Positions 45,688 to 62,010 are shown, numbered from the stretch's first letter. The stretch is 64,000 nt of DNA from Octopus vulgaris (GCA_951406725.2 OX597835.1:6758001-6822000); one strand, 5' to 3'. Numbers and translations: made by a program. The notes: a model not told the origin generated them from the sequence alone.

Positions 45688-45920
45688 CTACTTACTCGTG
45701 TGTTACCTCTACATTTTAATATATATATATTACAGACACATCAATGTCTGTGAATTCGATAGGTGGCGACTCTGGGCAGATGTAGTGGTCTTATATATTT
45801 TTTTTACCATGAGAGAAAATTTTCTCTACGGTAACTTCAGTGAATTTGTCTTTTAGTTGTTGAAATTTGTCACAAAAATATTTCAATTAACCTAAAGTTT
45901 GCACACACAGACACAGACAC

Positions 45921-45989
<69 letters not shown>

Positions 45990-47459
45990 GATCAAATCCA
46001 ACCTACCTTATCAGTTTCGTAAAGCTATAGATAAGAATTTTCCCCAAAATTCCAGATACCATTCCATTATCAATTCACACCGAATCAGGATAGGTTTTTC
46101 AAACACCAAAAACCTTTCACAAATCATCTCGTCGCATAACAATAAGTTGTTAAATACAAATCTACTTAATGAAAATAGTAACACTGATATTATTAACGCT
46201 AACCAATATTTGAACAATAATAACAACAATATTAATATCTCGTTTCCTTAGCAGTAATTCTAAGACTAGAAACTCTGTTTATCAATGTAAAATTAATTCC
46301 GGTTCTGATATGTTTTTTTTAATATAGGTAGCTCTTCGTTTCAGTTGTCGAAAAGAATATTTAATCATTATTCTACACTTAGACATATAAATAAACGCAA
46401 CAATACTGGGCTTAGTAAATTAATTCATTCTCCAAAGTAACATAATAAACAATACGTTTTGGAATGGAAAATTCTGTCGAGATCTTTCCTGTATGACAAA
46501 GGCAAATATTTTTGTCAGCTATTTAACGAAGAGCTATTTTCATCCTTTTCCCGAAGAATACTCCTGTAAACGCGTTTAAAGAATGCGTTTATTATTGTAA
46601 ACATTGGCAAAAACATACCTTTATTTCCTATAAGTAATTTCTCCCAATCTATAAAATTCGACCTTTAACTGTCTTCTTACATTTCATTTCCACTACATTT
46701 ATCTATTTCCTCGCTTTTTAACTTTATTCCCACTTTATTCAATCGCATTATAATTTTCCACTCTTAATTTTCTGTTAATGTATTTCTTTCTCCTCCTTCT
46801 CTTTCTCCAATTTAAATTTGACGCTAAATGGTTTAAAAATATAACTTGCTAGCGTTCTCCTTACATCATGTACGCTGTAATCACATTCGTTTAAAATGGC
46901 TTATTGATATGTTTTGTTTCTTTTTTCCCTGACGAGGAGATTGCATTGTTTTACATCATTTTTATTCCCTCCAGAATAATTTCAATGCATTTTTCGAAAC
47001 ATATATTGAAAATATATATGATTTGAATAACACCTGCGTTTGACTACATTTCTTAATTTATCCATGTTATACAAAAACAATTTACTTAACCCTGGAATTT
47101 CTACCTTCATAAGTAGGCTGTAATATCTTTGGCCCTTATGTGAATTTTATTACTCTGGTAGCTATTCATTTATTTCTTCCCTTGATATTTGTATACATTG
47201 AAAAAATATACAGACATTTATATACTGTATTTAGTACTAGACAGTTAAGTAGCTATACATAAAATTTGACTGAAATTTATGGTCGTGCGTCTGCCCGAAT
47301 TGGATGTGCATGGAGGCATGTTAGCATTCATATGCGGGCTTGATTCTAGTCTGCTTAAGCACATCATTTTCCAGTCAATTGTTTGAATAATGTCGCTTTA
47401 ATCGGATTATATATATTATAATTATTATGTATTATTATATAGTTATTATTGTTTTGCAG

Positions 47460-47667
47460 CTGGGTAGTCGGCCTCTGGAGCGAATGCTCAAGAAGCTGCG
47501 ATGTCGGTGAGCAAGTTCGTTCGGTTCGCTGTTGGAGAATGTTGGCGCCGGGTTTCGATAGCAGTGTTCATGTGTACCTTTGTAACACGGCAGTAAGACC
47601 TGCATCCAGTCGGAAATGTAACAACCAACCGTGCGGTCCTCAATGGGAAATGTCGACATGGTCAACG
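47460..47667 (+). CDS. ADAMTSL2: ADAMTSL2-like exon 6 (TSP1 repeat)
   Basis: ttgcag acceptor, gtaact donor, phase 2-0. CWRMLAPGFDSSV...CGPQWEMSTWS closely matches the vertebrate ADAMTSL2 segment CWKMLSPGFDSSV...CGPQWEMSEWS as I recall it. Confidence 0.93.
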
Positions 47668-47791
47668 GTAACTAAACGTTTAATTTCGTTAATTTTTTCC
47701 TGGCTCTTAAAAAAAAAATTAATTCATCAACACGAATATATTTTACTGTCTTCTGTACATTCTGATTTCTCTTTGCTTCTTCTTTGGCCAG

Positions 47792-47947
47792 TGTTCTTCT
47801 CTCTGTGGTTATGGAATTCAAAGACGCCATGTTCGATGTAACTCAGGCAATGAAATACATTGTAATAGATCTACAAAACCGACAACACACCAATCCTGCT
47901 TCCACCCTCCTTGTGTTCACAGTTGGAAAGTGAAGAAATGGTCGAAG
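47792..47947 (+). CDS. ADAMTSL2: ADAMTSL2-like exon 7 (short TSP1 repeat)
   Basis: ggccag acceptor, gtaacg donor, phase 0-0. Encodes CSSLCGYGIQRRHVRCNSGNEIHCNRSTKPTTHQSCFHPPCVHSWKVKKWSK. Follows a 124-nt intron. Not in the ORF track. Confidence 0.9.
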
Positions 47948-48421
47948 GTAACGGCAAAATTAAATGTCTTTTCTTCACAATTTTTGTTTTAGAACAGCAA
48001 ATTTCAGAGGAGTCTGTTCTACTCGTTTGCTGAAATTTTTTCTGTCAGTTTGATTGAAAATCTGGTCAGCCAGTTTGATAGACGCTGTTCTACAAATTCC
48101 AGTGGGGTGTCTAGTCTATCGATAGACCAGGATAGAATTTGAAATCAGAACGGAAACAGTCAGAAATAAATACGACGACGACAACAACAGCAATAGTAAT
48201 CCTTTCTACTATAGGCACAACGCCTGAAATTTTGGGGAAGAGGGTAGAATTTGAGGTGATTAATAGAAAAATTATTACAGACGCAGAAGTAGACATTTTG
48301 TGAGAAGTCAGCAAGGTTGAGTTTACTGACATGATTAATGGAGAACCACTACCAAAGTTTTCGTACAAAAATGTCAACATAATCATGATATATAACGTTG
48401 CTCTTAGACAGATAATAAGAA

Positions 48422-48730
48422 GCACTCCGTCGGTTGCGACGACGAGGGTCCCAGCTGATACGATCAACGAAACAGCTTGCTCGTGAAATTAACGCGTAAG
48501 TGGCTGAGCATTCCAAAAACACGTGTACCCGAGGAGATTCAGCGTGACGCAGAGTGTGACAAGGCTGGCCCTTTGAAATACACGTACTACTCATTTTTGT
48601 CAGCTGAGTGAAATGGAGCAACGTGAAATAAAGTGTCTTGCTCAAGGACACAACGCGCTGCCGGGAATTGAACTCACGACCTTACGATTATAAGCCGAAT
48701 GTTCCTAACCACTAAGCCTCGCGCCTTCAC
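48422..48730 (-). mobile_element. tRNA-derived SINE (head B, tail type 2) with 16-bp TSD
   Basis: TSD agacagataataagaa at 48406-48421 and 48731-48746. Homologous to 41753-42080. Confidence 0.9.
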
Positions 48731-48749
48731 AGACAGATAATAAGAAATT

Positions 48750-50425
48750 AGAGAAATAATCAAACAACCTTAAATAATCTCATCTATTCCACTGTTAACT
48801 GCTCAACTAGGCATTAAGATGACACAGATAAAGAGCAGACGTGTCAATAAACCTGTCAAGCGGAAAGTAGTTATATAGAAAGAGATTGAATCTCAGCAAG
48901 TAGACGTATCAGTTCTCGATGAACTTGCTGGAGGAGTAAATATTAAGACGGGAAAACGTTAGAAAAATCAAGCAAAAATGTAACATCAAAGATTTTATAA
49001 ACCTTCCAGCAACTAAGGAACCGATGAAACAGCGAATACAGTTGAAAGCCCAACAGCTTGGAAGATATGATAAAAGAATTAAATTTTATCGTCAAAACAA
49101 AATATTCAAGGCGGATGAAAAGAACTTTTATAGGGAAAATTGGTAAAAGTAGGATAGAAGTAAAAGAGCCACTTAAGGGTGAGGAAGTGGAAGAGTTCTG
49201 GAAAAAGATCCAGAAACGGAAAAGAGTATAATGCTGAAGCTGACTGGGCAGAACGTGAGGGAGAGTCTGGATGAAGAGCAGAAATGGGAGACAATGCGAA
49301 TTGAAGAGCTAAGATGAATCACACGAAAACCTCGCTGCATTTTAAATTGATGTCGTTCAGAATCCAAAAGCACATACCTGACTGGCTGACCGAAGGAACT
49401 ACATACATACAAACAAAAACTAAAGACACCAACAGCCCGAAGAACTACCGATCAATAACATGTCTCAACATCTCTTACAAGATCCTCACATCCATATTAA
49501 CTGAAAGACTGTATGTTTTCCTTGAACAGAACTCTATTCTTCTACAAGTTCAAAAAGGTTGTAAGCGAAATTCTTCTGGGTGCAAAGACCAATTGCTCAT
49601 AAACAGAATGATTGTAGAGAATTGCCGGAGCAAAAGCAAGAACCTGAGTATGGCATAACAACTGTTGAAGAGTTTAGCAGAGTTTAGCAATGACATCGGG
49701 ATGGCTTTTGGCCACGGCAAGTATGCTAAAGCGACTTTTGTAAGAGGCAAGCTGAGACAAACAGCTTCCATTAAATTAGATACCGATGCTACCATCAAGG
49801 AACTTGACCCACAAGAAAGTTATAAATCCCTGGGAATAAATGGAGATGGTATACATCATGCTATTATGAAGGGAAAAATACGAAAGGGGCACTATAGGAG
49901 AATAAGACTTGTACTGAAGACTAAACTCAGCTCAAAGAATCGCATCGATGCCATTAACGCTCTGGCACTTCCAGGAGTCCAGTACAGTTTTGACACCATT
50001 AACTGGAATCCTACAGATCTCCAAAGCCTGGACACGAAGACAAGAACATGTAAGAAAATGTACCATCGAAAAGCAGACGTTGACCGGCTGACCCTACCTA
50101 GAAGCATTGGGAGAAGAGAAATGATGTAATTAGAACTCCGCTATGGGAGTGAACAGGTCCTTATATAGTACAGAGGACTGGATGCTGTGTGATTTGTGTG
50201 CGAACATGAAAGTGGCAAATTGTCGCATTCTGTTGTTAAGGAGGTTTATAAATTCGCAAAGGAAGTTGACATTAATCCTGAATTAGATGAAAGAACCTGA
50301 AACCATTGTCACCAAGCAAGCAAAGCGAATCAAGAAGACTGCAAAAAAGAACGGGCAGAAGAAAATTGAGGAGCGGTGGAGCCAGAAGCCCCTGCATGAT
50401 CAGTATATTCTTCGAAGTCAAAATG
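48750..50425 (+). mobile_element. R4/Dong-like LINE reverse transcriptase remnant (internally deleted, stops and frameshifts)
   Basis: WLTEGTT...PKNYRSITCLN...YKILT...QKGC...GCKDQLLIN...NLSMA; FSNDIGMAFG; KNRIDAIN; ADVDRLTLPR; WSQKPLHDQY. Confidence 0.85.
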
Positions 50426-50439
50426 ACGAAGATTATTGT

Positions 50440-50471
<32 letters not shown>

Positions 50472-50675
50472 TGATGATGACGGCAATGACAATAACCACG
50501 GCGACGACGACGACCACGACGATAATGAAGACGATGATGAAGATGATGGTGCTTCTACTTCGGTTGAAGTTGCTATTGCTGCTGTTGTGAAAACGTGTGT
50601 GTGTGGAACTTTGAGCGCTGAATCAATATTGTTACAGTGGAATCATCTTTGTGTTTTGTTTTTGATTTTTTCCAG

Positions 50676-50849
50676 TGCAACGGTCCGTGTGGCAGAGGTG
50701 TTCAGCATCGGGACGTGATATGCGTTGACCGAAATGGAATTAGAAGCGACATCAGATCCTGCGATAAAAACACCAAACCACAAACGGTGCAAGGCTGTGG
50801 CTTTGCACCATATTGTCCATCGATGTGGGTGCCACAGGCTTATGACACG
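50676..50849 (+). CDS. ADAMTSL2: ADAMTSL2-like exon 8 (TSP1 repeat)
   Basis: ttccag acceptor, gtgagt donor, phase 0-0. Encodes CNGPCGRGVQHRDVICVDRNG...CPSMWVPQAYDT. Confidence 0.92.
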
Positions 50850-51334
50850 GTGAGTAAGATTTTTATTTTATTTATGCAGAAAATAAGGTAGGGGAGATTT
50901 TTATCATTTTATTCAGACATTTAGGGAGCACAAGATTTTGATACATTAAATAGGGGTGGCTGTGTGGTAAGAAGCTTGCTTAGTGCCTCATTGTAAGGAC
51001 CTTGAGACCAAAAGAAATATTGGTAAGAGGTTTATTGCCTCAAATTGTAAGTTCACAAAAGAACAATGTTTTAGAGAAGCAAAGATCGGCGACGGGTGTC
51101 TTTTGCCTTCTCTCATTAATACCATCCGGTTCATCATTCATCTCATCTCATTAATGTCTTTGTCCAGCCCGCAGCTTCTTCATCTGTGTACGGCTTTTCA
51201 TAGCCAATTTATTGAAATGAAACAAAGAAATTTGCATCCCAACCTCCATGGTTCGGGAGGCAATCCCACTACGTGGCATTTTGGGCGGGTGTCTTATACT
51301 ACAACCTAAGGGTGACCAAAGCCCTGTGAGTGGC

Positions 51335-51552
51335 TAAGAGGTGGGCTGAGGGTTGCAAGGCAAAAAGAGTAAGCGGCTGCGAATATACCGCTGGTACTGT
51401 CCCACAATCCACATACTTGCAATATCTGTGGACTTCTTTGCAAATCATTGGCGGGTCTCAAATGTCACGTTCGACATAAGCATTATGGCTGACAAAGAAA
51501 AAGTAGGTTGCTAAACACTTATACATCGAAACCGACGGGAGAGTCCATCATA
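51335..51552 (+). mobile_element. RTE-like LINE 3' fragment with C-terminal C2H2 finger
   Basis: HTCNICGLLCKSLAGLKCHVRHKH, then stop and a short 3' tail running into microsatellite. Confidence 0.55.
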
Positions 51553-51906
51553 TGTATGTGTGTATGTGTATGTGTGGGTGTGTGTGCGTATATCATCGTG
51601 ATCACCGTGACCCACCTGGTATCGGATGTTGCTACACATCGCTGATCACAATGCACTTCGCATTGTTTTAGCCTTCAAATGACGCCACCCTGCTGGCTAA
51701 GCAAGCAGGCCAACATAAGAAAGAGGGAGAGAAAGTTGTGACGAAAGTGTACAGCAGGGATCGCTACCAGTCCCTGCCAGAGCCTCGTGGAGCTTTTGGG
51801 TGTTTTCGCTCAATAAACACTCACAACGGCCGGTCTAGGAATCGAAACCGCGATCCTACGACCGCGAGTCTGCTGCTCTAACCACTGGGCCATTGCACCT
51901 CCATAC

Positions 51907-51951
<45 letters not shown>

Positions 51952-53142
51952 TGTTTTTGTGTTTGTGTGTCCTCCGCCACCACTTGACAACCGGTGTTGG
52001 TGTGCTTACGTCCCTGTAACGTGGTAGTTCGGCAACAAAGACTGATAGAATAAGTACCAGGTTTAAACAATAGTAAGCAGCGGGGTCGATTCGTTCGACT
52101 AAAATTCTTCAATACGGTGCTGCAGTATGGCCATAGCACCGTCTGAAACAAATAAATGATGAAACATATATAAGATATTACCGCAAGCTTAAGATACCGA
52201 AAATAAATGAAATCATAGAAAGTAAGGTTGTACGGAGCTTATAAATACTTTGGATAAATTAATCCGTATTGAAAACTGAGAGCCACAAGCCTCGATCACG
52301 TGGAGTAAATAGAATTTAATAGAATGTGTGACACCACAAAATGTATGCATTGTATATGTTCTGGAATGCACTCGCAAAATGCTGCTAATGCAGCGAAGAT
52401 ACATACTTGTGTAACTGTGGCTAATAACAGGTAATGTTACATAAATGCAATAATTATAATTAATTAAATTTCAGAGCTCTTCTGCGAAACAATAAAATAA
52501 AATACACAAATTCAGAACATAAGCATTTATTGAATTAAGATGAAACAAAATAAGACAAATTACACTTTTGTATATCTGCCAGAAATGTATGCTATTAACA
52601 ATACTTGTACTGTTTAACTATTCAAGTAAAATTATCTGAAAGTACTAAGAGTTACGAAAGTATGTTACCAACATTTACTGTCAAATGTCGTGTGACACAT
52701 ATTCTAGTTGGTGTCTATTACCCAAGGGAGATAAATCCGATGAGATCAGATTTATCTCCCTTAGAGGGACGTGCAAACAGAGAGTAGATGGCATGGACCT
52801 CAGTACTTGACTGGTACTATATTTTCTCGACTTCAGAAGGATGAAGGGTAGAGTTGACTTCAATGGGGTTTGAACTCCGAACGTAAAGATCCAGAAGAAA
52901 TACTGTGAGGCATTTACTCCGACGATTCTAACAGGTCGCCTCGCAACATTAATATCTGTCTGTCTGTCTGTCTATGTATGTATGTATGTATGTATGTATG
53001 TATGTATGTATGTATGTATGTATGTATGTATGTATGTATGTATGTATGTATCTATCTATCTATCTATCTATCTATCTCTATGTATGTATGTATGTATGTA
53101 TGTATGTATGTATGTATGTATGTATGTATGTATGTATGTATG

Positions 53143-53219
<77 letters not shown>

Positions 53220-53413
53220 CTTTATCTATCTATCTGTTTGTCTGTCAGTCTCTCTTTCTGTCTATCTGTCTGTCTATCAATTTATCTCTCTATCTATATC
53301 TCCCTATCTGCTCTATCTAGAGTAGAACAGAAGTTCTATTCTCTCCTATGTTACAGAACAAATCCAACGCCAGGCGACATCACATTTATCCCGAAACATA
53401 TTTCTCTTTTCAG

Positions 53414-53593
53414 TGCTCAGCTTCTTGTGGCCAAGGAATTGTAACCAGGAAAGTAGTTTGCGGACGCGTGGTTCGAAACAGTTTCCAGTTGCAATCAGAT
53501 GCACACTGTCGCCATAAACCTCGACCAACAAGCACAACCACCTGCACCGCCAAACCGTGCCTCTCCAGTTGGTATGTCACAGAATGGTCAAAG
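53414..53593 (+). CDS. ADAMTSL2: ADAMTSL2-like exon 9 (TSP1 repeat); gene continues beyond the exons found
   Basis: tttcag acceptor, gtaagt donor, phase 0-0. Encodes CSASCGQGIVTRKVVCG...CTAKPCLSSWYVTEWSK. Confidence 0.92.
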
Positions 53594-53931
53594 GTAAGTT
53601 TGATGAGATTCGACCAAAGACAAAAGTTCTTTTAATCTTTAATCATCTTTTCATGTTCTTTTACTCGTGTCAGTCACTGGATAGCGGTCATGCTGGAGCA
53701 CTGCCTAGGAGTGGTTAGTCGAACAAATCGACATCAGTACTTATTCGATCTAAATCTGGTACACATTTTATCGGCCCCTGCTTGCCGAGCAGCTACAGAG
53801 TACAGGGACATAACCAAACCAACATTATTGTCAAAAAGTATGAAGACAAAAACAATGTGTGCACATGCATGTACAATATATATAATAATACACATGCATA
53901 CACACACACATATATGCATACATCTATGCAT

Positions 53932-53981
<50 letters not shown>

Positions 53982-53998
53982 GTATATATATATATGTA

Positions 53999-54365
53999 CT
54001 AGCAGTATCGCCCGGCGTTGCTCAGGTTGGTAAGGGAAATAACTATAAAGCATTTTTAGAGAGTTATAGCCAAAAAATAGCAAAAAATGGAAAAAAATGA
54101 TGGTAAATTTTTTTTTTAGAGTAAAAAAAGGTGGAGTTGCGTCCCCTAGACAGTTTGCGGTTTGTGTTTCTGATTCTCGACCCCATGTCGAATTTATCGA
54201 TGTTTTTCAGATCTGGGGGAACTTTTCAAAATTTTCGCTGCGTTAGTTTTGAATTATGACATTGGGCTATGTGTGTGTCAAGTTTCATCAGAATCGGTTG
54301 AAAGCCGTGGTCAGGGTGAGGGTACAAGCAAACAGACACACAGAAACACGCACAGACAAACTGCC

Positions 54366-54370
<5 letters not shown>
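53999..54370 (-). mobile_element. Non-autonomous Helitron in (TA)n
   Basis: CTAG terminus and cccggcgttgctcagg hairpin. First about 65 nt nearly identical to the 28374 copy; interior differs. Confidence 0.7.
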
Positions 54371-54419
<49 letters not shown>

Positions 54420-54484
54420 GTTTAAATATTTGTTGTGCGTGTGTTTTTATTGGCTAAACTGGCAATATGACCATTCCGAAATAT

Positions 54485-54532
<48 letters not shown>

Positions 54533-54539
54533 ACATATA

Positions 54540-55305
<766 letters not shown>

Positions 55306-55316
55306 CACACACATAC

Positions 55317-55353
<37 letters not shown>

Positions 55354-55997
55354 CAAATTGAGATAGGAGTTGTAAATGCAACCCTCTATGGGATAACGTA
55401 TATCCAATATACTGCTAGTGAAGTACCCAACAAAGTTAATACATAAATGTTAATGATTGCGATGCAATCAATTCATTTACTGTATTATATGGGCGTATGT
55501 ATGTATGTATATATGTGTGAGTGTATACACACACATATATACAAAGTATGAGGGTTTAGTTCACAGGTGATCTAAACGAATGGGTACCCTTGGTAAGTGC
55601 TGTAACGGATTACTAGGGCTCCAAGGTCATAGCCGAGACGTTAGTTATGGAGCCATTGCAGATTTCCGATTCAGCGGATATATAATTGTTAAAGAGGACA
55701 ACAAACGTTAAGGCAATGCAAACATCTCAAGTCGTATACAATATTATTATTGGAAAAATTCCAAGTCTTAAAGGTGTTTCTGGGATATTCCAGAGAATAG
55801 GATATTCCGTCATGGCTGACTTTGCCTTACATCCTTTCGGGGTCGATTAAATAAGTACCAGTTACGCACTGGGGTCGATATAATCGACTTAAAATAACCT
55901 TTTGCCTGTCCTTGTTTGTCCCCTCTATGTTTAGCACCCCCCGAGCCCGCTGTAGGCAATAAAGAAATAAATATGCTATGGCAGATAACCCTACTAT

Positions 55998-56381
55998 GGA
56001 AGCACTCCGTCGGTTACGACGATGAGGGTTCCGGTTGATCCGAATCAACAGAACAGCCTGCTCGTGAAATTAACGTGTAAGTGGCTGAGCACTCCACAGA
56101 CACGTGTACCCTTAACGTAGTTCTCGGGGATATTCAGCGTGACACAGAGAGTGACAAGGCCGGCCCTTTGAAATACAGGTACAACAGAAACGGGAAGCAA
56201 GAGTGAGAGAAAGTTGTGGTGAAAGAATACAGCAGGGATCACCACCATCCCCTGCCGGAGCCTCGTGGAGCTTTTGGTGTTTTCGCTCAATAAACACTCA
56301 CAACGCCCGGTCTGGGAATCGAAACCGCGATCCTATGACCGCGAGTCCGCTGCCCTAACCACTGGGCCATCGCGCCTCCAC
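55998..56381 (-). mobile_element. tRNA-derived SINE (head A, tail type 2) with 12-bp TSD
   Basis: TSD taaccctactat at 55986-55997 and 56382-56393. Near-identical to 7053-7428. Confidence 0.9.
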
Positions 56382-57006
56382 TAACCCTACTATAACCCCT
56401 TTCTTGTATAAGCAAATAACCATAGTAAAGTAATTACTTTCACTTTTTTAAGAATATTTGTCGGCAGAAACACGTGTAGGACACCGAAATAAATACGTTA
56501 CATTATTTAGCGCAGCGTTTCTGAGTTATGAAGGTAACGTATGTCAGAATCGAGAAAAATCTTCCGACAATCCGGTACCGATAAACTAAATAATCCAATT
56601 AATTCGTTCGACTGTTTAACACAATCTTGCAGAAATCAGACAACAGCCTAGTCACAACAGAGATTTTTTTTTTTATCTTATAAAAAGCTTCTGGGAGAAA
56701 ACAAAGTAGTCAGATGGCACGTACTTAGTAAATGTAGTATGTGAAATTTCTCCAGTTGAAGCCTTTTGGAAATACACAAATATCATGTATCAGGTGATAT
56801 TGGGGGTAGAAGGAAATTGAGAAAGGGTGGGTGAAGGTGGTTGGGCGGGTAGTGAGTGATGAGGAGGTGGATAGAAGGGGAGAATCGATTTGACTAGTTT
56901 TCTCCCGTTATGGAAAGCAGTTTCTATTTCCCTCTAAATGTGTGTGCGCATGTGTGTGAGTGTCTCTGAGTCTGTATATACATACACACATGTATATATG
57001 TATACA

Positions 57007-57134
<128 letters not shown>

Positions 57135-57181
57135 AGTGTCTCTGTGTCTGTATATACATACACACATGTATATATGTATAC

Positions 57182-57295
<114 letters not shown>

Positions 57296-57334
57296 TTGTG
57301 TTTGTGTGTGGGTGTGTGTGTATGTGTGTTTGTT

Positions 57335-57365
<31 letters not shown>

Positions 57366-57680
57366 TTGTGTGTGTGTTTGTGTGTGTGTGTGTATATGTA
57401 TGTATATGTGATTCTATGGATATATGAAAATGCACGTGTGTGTAGATTTATGTACGTGTGCATATTTATGTGTATATGTCTTTATATATGTGCGTATGTG
57501 TGTTTGCCGGGGATAATGGTGAAGATGCTGGGTAGGAAACCAACACTGCCGCAGGTAGAAGTGAAACAAGAAAAACGAAAAAAGCAAGAAGAAGAACAAC
57601 AACAATGCTAGCAGAAATATGACTTTAATACAGCATGAGACTAAAGTTTTAGAAAGAAACAATATGAGAATGAGAAAGAA

Positions 57681-57723
<43 letters not shown>

Positions 57724-57787
57724 AAGAGAGAGAGAGGGCTTGTGGAAAATAACGATTATAAAAGAGGTGTGAAGCAATAACTATGCA

Positions 57788-57948
57788 ATGATGATGATGA
57801 TGTTGTTGTTGACGATGATGATAATAACGATAATGATGATGATACTGATGATGATGATGATGACGACTATGATGATGATGATGATGATGGTGAAGTTGAT
57901 GACGATGATGATGATGATGATGATGACGACGACGACGACGACGACGAC

Positions 57949-58002
<54 letters not shown>

Positions 58003-58320
58003 GTTGATGACGATGATGATAATGATGATGATGATGATGATGATTATGATGTAGACGATAATGATAATGATGATGATGGTGATGATGATGATGTTGATGA
58101 CGGTGATGATGATGATGATGATGCAGATAAAGATAATGATGACGACGACGACGATGATGATGATTACGACGACGATTGTAGTGGTGGTGGCCGTCGTCAT
58201 TCTCTTCCTCCTCCTCCTCCTTCTCCTTCTCCTCATCATCATCATTCCTTTCTTCTTCATTCTCATCATTGTCATCAGCAGCAGCATCGTCATCATCATC
58301 AGCAGCAGTAGTATTTGTAG
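57788..58320. repeat. Degenerate (GAT)n/(GAC)n microsatellite
   Basis: Direct inspection. Source of the poly-His and poly-Met ORFs. Confidence 0.9.
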
Positions 58321-58425
58321 CAGCAAGATTTCTACCAGCACAAAATCTCCAACAAAAATCAATAGCAAAGTAAAAACAATAGCCGCATAAACCACCGACA
58401 GCGCCCACATCTCCCCCTTACCCCC

Positions 58426-58475
<50 letters not shown>

Positions 58476-59231
58476 TACAGCTAAACGCACATTTACATAC
58501 ATTTACATAAACGCTTACAGGAGCACATGCTAAACAATACACGCATACACATACATACACATACGCACATAACATACGCACATGCACATGCGCATATGCA
58601 CACACATACACACATAAACACCAATACGTATATAGAGACATGCACCACAACACTCAATATATACATCCACAACGAAAGATGTTGAAACGTTTTCTGTAGA
58701 GGAAGCAGACATGTCAAGCTACATTTATCCTCTTCTGGCCCTCCACTGCCTCCTTCCTCATCACTACCCAACTACCAGCCAACCGTCTTCCACCATCCCT
58801 TCGTCAATCTCCATCTACCCATTACGACAGACACCCTGTCAATCTCACACGATCCTCTCACTTGAAATGATTCACTTTCACTCCGTCACACCTTCCATCC
58901 ATTACGAATGTCTTAGAACTTTTTACGCTTTCCTTTCTATTTTATTCTCTTTTCTGTTTTTTTACTAGTTGCAGATCGAAAGTTGCGGCCATGCTGGGAT
59001 ACTACCGTTTTTGCTTAATTTTTTTTTCAGCATTTTTTGTAACAGAAATAGAAAATTTGTAATTGTGTGGTTAAGAAGCTTTGCTTCGCAACCGCAAGGC
59101 TTCAGGTTCAACCCCACAGCGTGGCACCTTGTGCAGATGTCTTCTACTCTAGCTCTGGGAACCGGTCAAAGTTTTGGGAATGAATTTGGAAGAAAACTGT
59201 GTAAAGAAAACAGTGTATATCCGACTGGCCT

Positions 59232-59288
<57 letters not shown>

Positions 59289-61041
59289 CTTGCATATATA
59301 TATACATAAATATTTATATATATATGTAAATATATATGCATATGCATACACATATACAAATATGCATGTATATATATATATATATATATTTATATACATG
59401 CGTATGTATATATGTACACACACATAAATAAATAAATATGTATATATATATATATATGTACATATATATTTTTATATATGTGTGTATAAGTCGAAATGTA
59501 ATGCACGTGTGTGCATTCGTTTGCCTTCGTGTTTGTACCACCATCACGACGCCAAAACCAGTGAAGGTTTGTTTAAGTCCCCATGATTGAAAGTTGTGGC
59601 AGAAAATGCCGAGTCAATATATACCTGACTTAGAAATAGTACTGCTTTTCTTTTGTTGAACTAAATCCCTTCAAGGCCGCCATCCAATGACTGAAATAAG
59701 TAGAGAAAAAGTAAGAAAAAAAATCTTTCGGGAAACTTCGATTTAGCTTTGAATGCTCGAAAGTTGTCCAAAGAATAGTGGTCGCTGTTCGTAGCTACAG
59801 CTGGCCATAACACGTAATAAATCGCATAAACATACAGCCATACGTACATAAATATACTCATACACATGCATACATTCAGTGGCGGACTGGCTAGGTTGCC
59901 AGCTTGTCCGCAAGTGGGATCCTGCGCCATTAGAATCCATATGTGGGGGGGGGGGGGGAGGACATGTTAGTATATATACACTCACGTCGAGCTTCTTTCA
60001 GTTTCCGTCTACCGAATCCATTCACAAGGCTTTGGTCGGCCCGAGGCAATAGCAGAAGACACTTGCCCAAGGTGCTACACAGTGGGACTGAACCCGGAAC
60101 GACATGGTTGGTAAGCAAGCTACTTATCACACAGCCACTCCTGCGCCTTCACACAGATATAAACATATTCACGCATATTTACGCACATACCTATACGCAC
60201 ATACGCAAGAGTCCTTATATAACCTTACAAGACCACAAACAGATACACGTATGAAACCAACAGATATACATATGCAGGTATATAGAGATAAGAGCACAGA
60301 CAGACATACGCACACACGTACACTCACATACACTCTCTTATACTTATAGCAATGCATCCGCACAAACCACTACAAGGTCATATTCAAGCAAATAAATATT
60401 TGTATATCATCGCATGCACGCAACACGCACCGGTACACATATATGGATATAAACGCGCAAAACTCACAGATAGATATATACACGCATACACCTATGTTCT
60501 GCGAAGATATGACAGTTTCGCCATTTTAGAAAAATAACGGGACTTAATCTCACTTGACATGTTGAAAGAGAAAAACACGGAAGGGAAATAAAATGAAGGA
60601 AAGCTCAACGTTATAAGCACGCAAATTCATGCATTCATTTACAGCCTTGTTTGCACTTGCACACAACTTCACACAAACGTACACAATTTTGGCACACACT
60701 TACACCACCTTAGAAACACGTACTCTCAAACACGTGCACGCACAAACACACACGTTTTTTACACACAGAAACAAATATTCCACAGAAGGATTGGCGGTGA
60801 TCCTCAGAGACATATACACACACATACATACATGCACAGAGGCATAAATTCATAATACATACATACATACATACATACATACATACATACATACATACAA
60901 ATACACAAGCACACATGCAGACACATATAGACACAGACACACACACACATACACACACATACACACACACATATATCCATTGGTAACGAACTAAAACGTG
61001 AGTGATGGACACCACACTGGTGGATGTGTAACTTTTGTGTC

Positions 61042-61099
<58 letters not shown>

Positions 61100-61259
61100 C
61101 GAGGATGATGATGATGAGGAGGAGGACGACGATGCTGATGGTTATGATGACGCTGGTGGTGGTGACGATGACTTCTTTAATTTGTCATACGCAACAAACA
61201 AACGTATATAAATAGGTGCGCGCGCTTAGTGTGTGTGCGCGTGTGTGTGGGAGAGATAG

Positions 61260-61298
<39 letters not shown>

Positions 61299-61441
61299 TA
61301 AAAAAAAGAGCGAGATTGTATGAAATAGAGAACAACACACCAGACTATGATGTTTTGTCGATAACAGCTTGTCAAACAATCGGTGGAGAAGTTCGTCGAT
61401 TCTCAACCGAGAAGAATCCGATAAGCTGTTGCGAGAAAATG

Positions 61442-61520
<79 letters not shown>

Positions 61521-61726
61521 GACACAGACACACACACACACACACACACTCACACACGCAACGCATATATGTATCTATATGCATTTACCCGGAATATATA
61601 TACACATATATTCCCTGGTTCAGTCCCATTGCGTGGCACCTTGGGCAAGTGTCTTCTACTTATAGCCTCGGGCCGACCAACCCTTGTAAGTGAATTTAGT
61701 AGACGGAAACTGAAAGAAGCCCGTCG

Positions 61727-61817
<91 letters not shown>

Positions 61818-62010
61818 TTGGGTGTCTGTTTGTCCCCTCACCATCGCTTGAAAACTGATGCTAATATGTCTACGTCCCGCAACTTAACGGTTCAGCAAAA
61901 CAAACCGATATAATAAGTACTAGGCTTACAAAGAATAAGCCCTTGGGTAGATTTGTTCGACTAAAGGTGGTGCTCCAGCATAGCCGCACTCAAATGACTG
62001 AAACAAATAA

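Noticed and set aside
51400-51492. C2H2 zinc finger as a possible host-gene exon
   Set aside because: Single finger ending in a stop with a retroelement-like tail. It fits an RTE LINE C-terminus, and exons 8 and 9 join in phase without it.
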